Below, piece by piece: positions 38,705 through 46,848 of a DNA stretch of 64,000 bases; the first letter of the stretch is position 1, and each line of letters begins with the position of its first letter. Source of the stretch: Phenylobacterium sp. (lineage in GTDB: Bacteria; Pseudomonadota; Alphaproteobacteria; Caulobacterales; Caulobacteraceae). The position numbers and the translations under genes are program-made. Where the stretch lies: the NCBI GenBank assembly GCA_040391295.1, contig JBEBYB010000006.1:16-64015 (forward strand), read 5' to 3'. The notes beneath the pieces were generated by a model, which was not told the origin of the DNA, made no database searches, and saw only the letters and a program-made list of their open reading frames with translations.

Positions 38705-39475
38705 ATGACGAGCACGACAGCCCAGGTCGAGCAGGAACTGGTCCAGGCCCTGGCCGTCCGGGTCCGTGACGAGGGCCTGAAGATCGGCCTGCCCTACATC
38801 GCCGTCAGCGCCGATGTCGGCGACCCCGAACCGATGCTCGGCGCCGATGGGCGACCGCTTGCCGAAACCCTTTTCGAATGGCTGGATCCCGGCCTGCATT
38901 ATTGGAAAGATCGCGGTTTCGCCCTCCGCTCGTCTTTTGTTTTCGGGGCCCGCTACACGGCCGAACCGTTCTTTTTCGCAGACGGCCGGTTCGGGACGTG
39001 GCGGCCCGCCGCACGCCTTGAACGGATTGAGGTCGCGCAAGCGTCCGAGCGCCCCGTCGGCACCGCGATCGTGGCGCCGGCCCACTTGCCGGGCGGGATT
39101 ATCGGCGCGGTGGTGTGGGCTTCACCCGACGCCTTCGACATCCGCCCGACGTTCGCGCGCGAGGCGGCTGGCCTTCATGCCCTCACCTTGAAGATGCTCG
39201 CCGCCTACCATGACCTCGGCGTCGCGGCCGCCTCCGCGGAGGTCCGGCTGACCCGGCGCGAGATCCAGTGTCTGAAGTGGGCCGCCGACGGCAAGACCGA
39301 CGCCGACATCGGGGAGATCATGAAGATCTCGACGCCGACCGTTCGGTTCCACATGCGCAATGCGGCCGACAAGATGGGCGTCGCCGGGCGCTCGCAAGCC
39401 GTCCATCATGCAACCACCCTGGGTTACATCGGCGAACGCAAGACTCGGTCGCGGACCTCGCTGGCCGCCGAGTGA
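38705..39475 (+). CDS. LuxR-family transcriptional regulator (no cognate luxI in window)
   Basis: C-terminal LuxR/GerE HTH (LTRREIQCLKWAADGKTDADIGEIMKISTPTVRFHM). The N-terminal ~170 aa has autoinducer-binding-domain length, but I could not find the canonical W/Y/D/P signature. Confidence 0.82.
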   Translation: MTSTTAQVEQELVQALAVRVRDEGLKIGLPYIAVSADVGDPEPMLGADGRPLAETLFEWLDPGLHYWKDRGFALRSSFVFGARYTAEPFFFADGRFGTWRPAARLERIEVAQASERPVGTAIVAPAHLPGGIIGAVVWASPDAFDIRPTFAREAAGLHALTLKMLAAYHDLGVAAASAEVRLTRREIQCLKWAADGKTDADIGEIMKISTPTVRFHMRNAADKMGVAGRSQAVHHATTLGYIGERKTRSRTSLAAE

Positions 39476-39483
39476 TCAAGGTT

Positions 39484-39509
39484 GACCCGGCGCCATAAGG
39501 CGCCGGGTC
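39484..39509. terminator. 11-bp GC hairpin between convergent luxR-family and czcA genes
   Basis: GACCCGGCGCC (39484-39494), loop ATAA, GGCGCCGGGTC (39499-39509). Confidence 0.55.
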
Positions 39510-39518
39510 TCAGGCTTC

Positions 39519-42500
39519 CTATTCGGCCGGGGCCAAGACCGGCCCGGCGTCCACGCGGCGCCAACGCGCCGCGATCTCCAGCACGACCTGGGTGATCGCC
39601 GGCAGCACCAGCAAGGTCAGGGCGGTCGCGGTGATCAGGCCGCCGATCACCACCATGGCCAGAGGCTTCTGCACCTCTGCTCCGGTTCCTGTGGCCACGG
39701 CCATCGGAATGAAGCCGATGGCCGGCACCATGCCCGTCATCACGACCGGCCGGACCTTCTCCATCGCCCCCTCGATAATCGCTTGGCCGAGCGCCACGCC
39801 CTCAGCCAGACGCTGGCGGATGCTGGTCATCACGACGAGGCCGTTCAGGACGGCCACCCCCGCCAGCACGATGAAGCCGACGGCGGCCGAGACCGAAAAG
39901 TTGATCCCCGACATCGCCAGGGCGAAGACGCCCCCGCTGAGCCCCAGAGGTACGGCGATGAACACCGCAAGCGCCGGAGCAAAGCCGCCAAGCGCCAGAT
40001 AGAGCAGCGCGAAGACCGCCGCAAAGCAGATCGGCACGACGATCGCCAACCGCTGGGAGGCGGCCTGCAGGTTCTGGAACTGACCGCCCCACTCGATCCA
40101 GGTGCCCGGCGGCAAGGCCACGGACTCGACCTTCGGACGCGCCTGCGTGACGAAGGAGCCCACGTCGCGGCCCCGAACATTGGCCTGGACGACCACGCGG
40201 CGCTTGCCGCCTTCCCGGCTGATCTGGTTCAGCCCCTCGGCGTGGTTGAAGCGCGCCAACTGGCTGAGCGGCACCGACCGACGAACCTGACCTGGTTCTT
40301 GCGGCAGCATGACCGGGAGCGCCCCCAGGGCGTCCAGGTCATTGCGACTGGCCTGGGGAACCCTCACGACGACGTCGAACCGACGGTCGCCTTCGAACAA
40401 CAGGCCGGCCTCGCGTCCGGCCATGGCGGCGGCGACGGTGTCGGCCACCTCCTCCACCGTCAGCCCGAACCGCCCGATCGCCGCGCGATCGAACTGCACG
40501 TCGAGGGTCGGGGCGCCGGTCACCTGCTCGACCCGAACGTCGGCTGCGCCTGGCGTCGATTGCAGCGCCGCCGCGATACGGGCGCCGGTGGCGCTCATCT
40601 GGTCGAGGTCGTCGCCATAGATCTTCACCGCGACATCGCCGCGAACACCGCCGATCAGTTCGTTGAAGCGCAGTTCGATCGGCTGGCTGAGCTCATAGCC
40701 CTGGCCGATCAGCGCGTTGGCCTTGGCCTCGACGCGGGCGATCACGTCCTCCTTGGTGTTGACGCCCTTCGGCCACGCCTTCTGCGGTTTGAGCATCACG
40801 AAGCCGTCGGAGATGTTCGGCGGCATCGGATCGGTGGCGACCTCGGCCGTGCCGGTCTTGGAGAACATATAGTCCACCTCCGGCAGGCTGGTGATCGCCC
40901 GTTCGACGCCCCGCTGCATTCGCACGGACTGTTCGAGCGAGGTCGATGGAACCCTCTGCGAGGCCAGGGCCAGATTCTGCTCATCGAGTTGGGGCATGAA
41001 CTCCTGCCCCAGGAAGGTGAAGGTCGCCCCGGCCAGGACGAAGACGCCCGCCGCCGCGCCGATGAAGGGCCATGGCCGCGCTACCGTCTGGCGCAGGACC
41101 GGTTCGTAGTGCTGCTTGATCCTGGCGATGGCCCAGACCTCTTTCTCGGCGACCTTGCCCCGGATGAGCAGAGCGATCATCGCCGGCACGAAGGTCAGCG
41201 ACAGTACAAAGGCCGCCGCCAGGGCCAACATCAGAGTGATGGCCATCGGCGCGAAGGTCTTGCCCTCAACGCCGGTGAACGTCAGCAGCGGCGCGAAGAC
41301 CAGGAAGATGATCCCCTGGCCATAGACCGTAGGCCGGATCATCTCCTGCGAGGCCAGCATGGTCTCTTCCAGCCGCTCACCCAGGTCGAGCAACCTGCCC
41401 TCGCGATGCTGACGCTCGGCCAGTCGGCGCAGACAGTTCTCGATGATGATCACCGCCCCGTCGACGATCAGGCCGAAATCGAGCGCCCCCAGGCTCATCA
41501 GGTTGCCCGAGACCCCCAGCACGTTCATCCCCATCCCGGTCATCAAGAACGAGATCGGAATGATCAGCACGGCGATCAGCGCGGCGCGGACGTTGCCGAG
41601 CAGGAAGAACAGCGCGATGGCGACCAGCAGGGCGCCCTCGAAGAGGTTTCGCTGCACGGTCGCAATCGTGGCGTTGACCAGCTTCGAACGGTCTAGGGCC
41701 GGCGTAACCTTCACCCCGACCGGCAACGATTTTTCGATGGTCTCCAGCTTCTCGCCGACCGCCTTGGCGACGGTGCGGCTGTTCTCGCCGATCAGCATCA
41801 GGGCGGTGCCGATCACCACCTCGTGGCCGTCCATACTGGCCGCGCCGGTCCGCAATTCGCCGCCGATCCTGACGGCGGCCACATCCCTGACCCGTACTGG
41901 AACCCCGCCGCGGGTGGCGATGACCGCGTCGGATATCTCGTTGATCGAACGAATGCGGGCGTCGGCGCGGACAAGATAGGCTTCGCCGCCCCGCTCCAGG
42001 AAGTTGGCCCCGACCGAGAGGTTCGCAGCTTCCAAAGCCTTGGCCAGTTCGGAGAACGAAACGCCGTAGGCGCTGAGCTTCACCGGATCGGGCTCGACCA
42101 GATAGTGCTTCTGGAATCCGCCGATCGAGTCGATGCCGGCCACGCCGGGCACGGTCCGCAGCTGGGGACTGATGATCCAGTCCTGCACCGTCCGCAGATA
42201 GGCGCTGCGCGCGATGTCGTCGGTGAGCCGCTCGCCCTCCGGAGTGAGGAAGCTGCCGTCCGACTGCCAGCCGGTCTGGCCGTCCTTGACCGGCGCGCCC
42301 TTCCCACCCGGATTGGCGAAGTCGACGGTGTACATGAAGACTTCGCCCAGCCCGGTGGTGACCGGACCGATCTGTGGCTGCACGCCCTCGGGCAGTTCAT
42401 CACGCGCCTGGGCCAGTCGTTCGCTGACCTGCTGGCGGGCGAAGTAGAGATCGACGTCGTCCTTGAAGACCGCCGTCACCTGCGAGAACCCATTGCGCGA

Positions 42501-42755
42501 CACCGAGCGCGTGGACTCCAGTCCGGGGATGCCGGCCAGCGCCGTCTCCACCGGGAAGGTCACCCGCTTCTCGATCTCGATGGGCGAGAGGCTCGGATCA
42601 GTGGTGTTGATCTGCACCTGGTTGTTGGTGATGTCGGGCACGGCGTCGATCGGCAGTTTCGACAGTTGCCAGACCCCGATCCCGGACAGAATCGCGATGA
42701 TGAAGATGACCGCCCAGCGCGCCCGGACGGATAGGGCCATGAGACCTGAGATCAT
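39519..42755 (-). CDS. czcA: CusA/CzcA-family heavy-metal efflux RND pump
   Basis: 1078 aa. HME-RND family sequence throughout, with 12 TM helices and two large periplasmic loops. Confidence 0.95.
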   Translation of the reverse strand: MISGLMALSVRARWAVIFIIAILSGIGVWQLSKLPIDAVPDITNNQVQINTTDPSLSPIEIEKRVTFPVETALAGIPGLESTRSVSRNGFSQVTAVFKDDVDLYFARQQVSERLAQARDELPEGVQPQIGPVTTGLGEVFMYTVDFANPGGKGAPVKDGQTGWQSDGSFLTPEGERLTDDIARSAYLRTVQDWIISPQLRTVPGVAGIDSIGGFQKHYLVEPDPVKLSAYGVSFSELAKALEAANLSVGANFLERGGEAYLVRADARIRSINEISDAVIATRGGVPVRVRDVAAVRIGGELRTGAASMDGHEVVIGTALMLIGENSRTVAKAVGEKLETIEKSLPVGVKVTPALDRSKLVNATIATVQRNLFEGALLVAIALFFLLGNVRAALIAVLIIPISFLMTGMGMNVLGVSGNLMSLGALDFGLIVDGAVIIIENCLRRLAERQHREGRLLDLGERLEETMLASQEMIRPTVYGQGIIFLVFAPLLTFTGVEGKTFAPMAITLMLALAAAFVLSLTFVPAMIALLIRGKVAEKEVWAIARIKQHYEPVLRQTVARPWPFIGAAAGVFVLAGATFTFLGQEFMPQLDEQNLALASQRVPSTSLEQSVRMQRGVERAITSLPEVDYMFSKTGTAEVATDPMPPNISDGFVMLKPQKAWPKGVNTKEDVIARVEAKANALIGQGYELSQPIELRFNELIGGVRGDVAVKIYGDDLDQMSATGARIAAALQSTPGAADVRVEQVTGAPTLDVQFDRAAIGRFGLTVEEVADTVAAAMAGREAGLLFEGDRRFDVVVRVPQASRNDLDALGALPVMLPQEPGQVRRSVPLSQLARFNHAEGLNQISREGGKRRVVVQANVRGRDVGSFVTQARPKVESVALPPGTWIEWGGQFQNLQAASQRLAIVVPICFAAVFALLYLALGGFAPALAVFIAVPLGLSGGVFALAMSGINFSVSAAVGFIVLAGVAVLNGLVVMTSIRQRLAEGVALGQAIIEGAMEKVRPVVMTGMVPAIGFIPMAVATGTGAEVQKPLAMVVIGGLITATALTLLVLPAITQVVLEIAARWRRVDAGPVLAPAE

Positions 42756-42757
42756 GA

Positions 42758-43927
42758 CTAGTGCGCCTCGCCTTCGCCCTTGCCCAACTCAGCCTTGAGC
42801 AGGAAGGCGTTGCGGGCCGCGATGGACTGACCGCCCGTCAGGCCGCTGACGACCTCGGCTCGGCCGGCGCCGCGTTGGCCGATGGTCACTGGCCGCGCCT
42901 CGAAGCCTTTGGCGGTTCGCACGAAGACCACGTCACGGCCTCCAAGGCTCTGCACCGCCTCGTCCGGAACCACGATGGCCTTGGAGGCGGCCGCCGCGGT
43001 TGGAATGATCCGAGCCCGGACCGGCTGTCCCGGCTGCAGGCCGTCGGGCGATACATCCACGATCGCGGCCGCCGCCCGCGTCTCGGGGTTGAGGCCCGGG
43101 GTGATCGAGCGGACCTTGCCCTCAAGCGTGCGGCCATCGGCGGTTTCGACAACCACCCGGTCGCCGGGCGCGATCCTCGGCGCGTCCATGCCGCTGATCG
43201 AGGCCTCGACGTGAACCAACTTCGGATCGGTGATGCGGAACAGCTCGGTTTCAGGCTGGACGAAGGCGCCCAGGCTCAAGGACGTCGCCGTGACCCGTCC
43301 GGAGATCGGACTGGCGACGACGACGCCGCGACCATCGGCGGTGACGTTCGCCGCTCCGGCGGCGACCTGCGCACGGCGCGCCTCAGCATTGGCGGCCGCA
43401 GCCTCGGCCTGCGCCAGCTCATAGTCCTGGCGGGCGGAGACACGTTGCTCGAACAGACGGCGTTCGCGGGCTAGCGTCGTCTGGGCCAGAGTGGCGCGAG
43501 CCGAGGCGACGGTGCGGTCCGCGGCGATCTGCGCGGCCTCCCGGCTTTCGACGACAGCGAGGGCCTCCCCGGCCCGAACGGGATCGCCAAGCCGCTTGAA
43601 GATCTGCGTCACCGCGCCTGCGGCCCGGGCCGTCAGCACCGCTTCACCGCCCGGCGTCGCGGCGACAGCGCCTTGCGCCAGGACCTCGCCCGCAAAGCCG
43701 CCGACCGACACCGGCTGAACCAGGATTCCGGCGGCGGCGATCGCTTCAGGCGTCATCTCAAGAACTTCGGCTTCGCCTTCCGTGTGCTCATCTTCCGCAT
43801 GTTCGCCCGCCACGGCGGCGGTAGCGCCGATCCCGGCGGTTATCTTGGCCAGACCAAACCCTCCGACGCCCGCGATCAGGATCGCCGCCGCAGCGCCGCC
43901 ATAGAGACGGGACTTGTCTTTATTCAC
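42758..43927 (-). CDS. czcB: efflux RND periplasmic adaptor (CzcB-like)
   Basis: 389 aa. TM anchor, a His/Glu-rich stretch (GEHAEDEHTEGEAE), a coiled-coil hairpin and a beta-barrel. Confidence 0.9.
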   Translation of the reverse strand: MNKDKSRLYGGAAAAILIAGVGGFGLAKITAGIGATAAVAGEHAEDEHTEGEAEVLEMTPEAIAAAGILVQPVSVGGFAGEVLAQGAVAATPGGEAVLTARAAGAVTQIFKRLGDPVRAGEALAVVESREAAQIAADRTVASARATLAQTTLARERRLFEQRVSARQDYELAQAEAAAANAEARRAQVAAGAANVTADGRGVVVASPISGRVTATSLSLGAFVQPETELFRITDPKLVHVEASISGMDAPRIAPGDRVVVETADGRTLEGKVRSITPGLNPETRAAAAIVDVSPDGLQPGQPVRARIIPTAAAASKAIVVPDEAVQSLGGRDVVFVRTAKGFEARPVTIGQRGAGRAEVVSGLTGGQSIAARNAFLLKAELGKGEGEAH

Positions 43928-45186
43928 GGTTGTTCTCCGAACGGAGCGCGGCCTTGCAGCCGTGCGAGGGCGGCCTGGGCGCTCAAGCGCTCCACGGCTG
44001 CGTCCAGGGTCTGGGCGCGCGCGTCAGCGAGCGCGCGGCGGGCGTTTAGCAACTCGACCAGGGCCAGCTTGCCGGCCTCATATCCGATGCGGGTCAGGCG
44101 ATAGGCCTCGTCGGCCGTGCGCTCGCCTTCGCGGGCCGCGAGCAGCCGGCTGTCGGTCGCGTCGATACGTGCGACACCGGCCATGGCCTGCGCCTGGGCG
44201 TCCAACCTGGCGGCTTCCAGGCGCGCCTCGGCCGCGCTCAGCTCGGCCTGGGCTGCGCTGATATTGCCGCGATTGCGATCGAACAGCGGGAACGGCGCCG
44301 AGAGCCCGGCGACCATGGCCGTGGAGTCGTCCTCCTGGAATTTGCGAAACCCGACCGAGACCGACAGATCCGGCGTCGCCAGGGCCTGTTCGACCCTGAT
44401 CCTTCGGGCCGCAGCCTCGCGATCAGCCTGGGCCGCCAGATAGCTGGGGCTCGCCAAGGGGTCGGGCGCGGCGCCCGAAACGCTACGGTCAGCTTGCGCC
44501 AACAAGCCGGCGGGAATCGAGCTGATCGGGCTCGACGCGCCCGAGAGCGCGGTCAGGCCGCCAAAGGCCGTGGCGCGGGCGGCGCGCGCTTCGGCCAGGT
44601 CGGCGCGCGCGGCCTGGACGCCCGCCAGCGCCTGGACCCGGCGCAGGTCGGCCTCGCGGCCAGCCTCGACCAGCGCGCGCGCCACCCGGGCGTCGTCCTC
44701 GGCCAGGCTCAGCGCTTCGGTGGCGAGTTGGACGCGCCGGTCCGCCGCTTCGGCCCCGGCATAGGCGATGGCCAGGTCATAGGCGAACTGAGCGCCGGCC
44801 TCGGCGGCCCGGAGCCTGGCGGCTTCAACCTCGGCTCGGCCCACGGCGACGCGGGCCGGCCGCTTGCCGCCCAGTTCCAGGGTCTGTTCGACCGAGGCGG
44901 TCACCTCGGCGAGGTTCGAACCCTTGTAGGGGCCCGAACCGGAGAAGTTCTCAATTTCAACGCCGATAGTCGGATTGAGGCGCGCTCCGGCCTGGCGGGC
45001 CAGGCCGGTCGCCCGAGCGACCTCGGCGCGGGCCTCGGCCAAGCGCGGCGCGGCGGTCTGCGCCTGCCGGAGCAGTTCGGAATAAGGTGGCGCGGGATCG
45101 GCCAAGGCCGCGCCGCCGCTAAGCGCGACAGCCGATACGCCGATCAAAGCCGCACGAAGCAGCCCGCGGCTATGGTGGGAAGTCAT
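43924..45186 (-). CDS. czcC: TolC-family outer-membrane factor (CzcC-like)
   Basis: 420 aa. Signal peptide and two Ala/Leu-rich TolC repeats. 4-nt overlap with czcB. Confidence 0.88.
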   Translation of the reverse strand: MTSHHSRGLLRAALIGVSAVALSGGAALADPAPPYSELLRQAQTAAPRLAEARAEVARATGLARQAGARLNPTIGVEIENFSGSGPYKGSNLAEVTASVEQTLELGGKRPARVAVGRAEVEAARLRAAEAGAQFAYDLAIAYAGAEAADRRVQLATEALSLAEDDARVARALVEAGREADLRRVQALAGVQAARADLAEARAARATAFGGLTALSGASSPISSIPAGLLAQADRSVSGAAPDPLASPSYLAAQADREAAARRIRVEQALATPDLSVSVGFRKFQEDDSTAMVAGLSAPFPLFDRNRGNISAAQAELSAAEARLEAARLDAQAQAMAGVARIDATDSRLLAAREGERTADEAYRLTRIGYEAGKLALVELLNARRALADARAQTLDAAVERLSAQAALARLQGRAPFGEQP

Positions 45187-45237
45187 GAAAATCCTCGCGT
45201 GATGACGGATGAGACGCGCAGGCGCGCGTGCGGTCCG

Positions 45238-45603
45238 TCAGCCGCGAGGAGGTCGTTCCAGGCCCGAAGGCGCCAAGGACGCGTGCCGCGAGGGCGGCGG
45301 CGTCAGATGGGCCTCGCCGGAGGTCGTAAGATGCATGCCAGCGGCAAATGCAGCCGCACCAAACCCGACCCCGTGGTGACAATGCCCGTGCGGGCAGACC
45401 GCGGCGGCCCCGCCTGAATGGTTGTCGTCCTGATGATCGCGGACCGAGAGCACCATGTCATGGGGCGCCCCGGTCACCGCGACCGCGCCGCTATCTTCCT
45501 TGCAGAGAAAGGCGTCGAAGGTCGGGCCGGCCAATAGGGTCGCGAGCAGGCAGACGGTCACCAGACCGCCAAGCTTGCGCCACCATGTTTCGAAACCCGA
45601 CAT
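45238..45603 (-). CDS. small membrane-anchored Cys/His-rich protein
   Basis: 121 aa. N-terminal hydrophobic anchor (LGGLVTVCLLATLLAG) and motif C70-P-H-G-H-C-H-H. Sits between the CDF and czcC genes, 8 bp after the CDF stop. Confidence 0.6.
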   Translation of the reverse strand: MSGFETWWRKLGGLVTVCLLATLLAGPTFDAFLCKEDSGAVAVTGAPHDMVLSVRDHQDDNHSGGAAAVCPHGHCHHGVGFGAAAFAAGMHLTTSGEAHLTPPPSRHASLAPSGLERPPRG

Positions 45604-45611
45604 CGACGCCT

Positions 45612-46331
45612 CTATAGCTGCGCGTGTGGCGAGCGGGAATGCGTTACAAAATCACGGTTTTCAGACGGCGCCTTGGCCTCCCCAAGCTCCTGCCGCGCTT
45701 GCACGGTGATTTGCCAGGCCGAGCGGAGGAAGACCCCCGCCAGGAAAACCCCGACCACGAGGTCAGGCCAGCGCGATCCGGTCACCGCGACCGCCACACC
45801 CGTCGCCGCGACCGCCAGGCACTGAATCATGTCGTTGCGCGTGCAGAGCCAGACCGAGCGCACATTAGCGTCGCCGTTCCGATAGCGGATCAGCAGCAGG
45901 GCGGCGAGCAGGTTGGCGGCGGCCCCGAACAGACCCAGCCCGGAGATCACGCCCGCTTCCGGCATGGCTCCGCTCACCGCGCGCCAGATTGCGAACCCCA
46001 AAATCCCCGCCGCCATGAGCGCCAAACTGCCGCTCTTGATCAGGGCCGCGCCGGCCCGCACCTGCACGCTTTTGCCGATGGCCCAGAGGCTTAGCGCGTA
46101 GGTCGCCGCGTCGGCCGCGAAATCCAGGGTGTTGGCTGTCAGCGATGCCGAGCCGGCCATCAGGCCGCCGACCGCGACAACAGCGAAGCCTACGAGGTTG
46201 ATCGCGATGACGCCCATCAGGGCGCGGCGATAACCGACGGACGCCCCGTCGAAAACCACCGTGTGACCGCAACAGCCTCCACCGGCGGACGACTCGGACG
46301 CTGTGTTTTCAGATGAGGAGCAGCTGGACAT
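45612..46331 (-). CDS. czcD: cation diffusion facilitator (CzcD-like) transporter
   Basis: Six TM helices, with a Cys/Ser-rich N-terminus (SSCSSSEN...GGGCCGH). The start is moved to ATG 46331 because ATG 46346 lies inside the predicted MerR-type promoter. Confidence 0.85.
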   Translation of the reverse strand: MSSCSSSENTASESSAGGGCCGHTVVFDGASVGYRRALMGVIAINLVGFAVVAVGGLMAGSASLTANTLDFAADAATYALSLWAIGKSVQVRAGAALIKSGSLALMAAGILGFAIWRAVSGAMPEAGVISGLGLFGAAANLLAALLLIRYRNGDANVRSVWLCTRNDMIQCLAVAATGVAVAVTGSRWPDLVVGVFLAGVFLRSAWQITVQARQELGEAKAPSENRDFVTHSRSPHAQL

Positions 46332-46344
46332 GTCGCCACCTTGC

Positions 46345-46365
46345 ATCCTCTAGCCACTAGAGGAT
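46345..46365. promoter_or_regulatory. MerR-family operator: perfect 9-3-9 inverted repeat ATCCTCTAG-CCA-CTAGAGGAT
   Basis: On the minus strand it reads TTGATC-[19 bp containing the dyad]-CAAGGT. On the plus strand it reads TTGCAT-[19 bp]-CAAGCG. This is the long-spacer geometry of MerR-type promoters, and the dyad resembles CadR/ZntR operators as recalled. Confidence 0.7.
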
Positions 46366-46404
46366 CAAGCGCCTATTTTCAGCGCCCGAACAGGACGCCA
46401 TCCC

Positions 46405-46848
46405 ATGCAAGCCCTCTCCATCGGCGCCCTCGCCAAGGCGACGGACGTCAAGGTCACTACGATCCGCTTCTACGAGCAGATCGGCCTGCTGCCGCAGCCG
46501 CTGCGGGGTTCCAACGATCGCCGGATCTACGACGAGCAGACCTTGAGCCGCCTGGCCTTCATCAAGCATGCTCGCCAGCTCGGCTTTGCGGTCGACGCCA
46601 TCCGCACCCTGCTGCAGCTCTCCGACAACCCAGACCAGTCTTGCGAGCAGGCCAACATCCTCGCCGCCGAACAACTGGCCGCCGTCGACAGCAAGATTTC
46701 CAGGCTGCAGGCCCTGCGCGGCGAACTCCAAAGGGTCGTGTCCGCGGCCTGCCAGGGCAGGGTCTCCGATTGCCGGGTGATCGAGGTGCTGAGCGACCAT
46801 AATCACTGTGCGGCCGACCACGACGCGCCGGCCGCCCTCGCCTCTTAG
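46405..46848 (+). CDS. MerR-family heavy-metal-responsive transcriptional regulator
   Basis: 147 aa. N-terminal HTH IGALAKATDVKVTTIRFYEQIGLL, a dimerisation helix and C-terminal Cys/His ligands (CQGRVSDC...HNHC). Confidence 0.9.
   Translation: MQALSIGALAKATDVKVTTIRFYEQIGLLPQPLRGSNDRRIYDEQTLSRLAFIKHARQLGFAVDAIRTLLQLSDNPDQSCEQANILAAEQLAAVDSKISRLQALRGELQRVVSAACQGRVSDCRVIEVLSDHNHCAADHDAPAALAS

Noticed and set aside
38705-39475. Interpreting the LuxR-family gene as a quorum-sensing receptor.
   Set aside because: There is no luxI/hdtS-type synthase in the window. I could not locate the conserved AHL-binding residues in the N-terminal domain. Only the C-terminal HTH assignment is supported.
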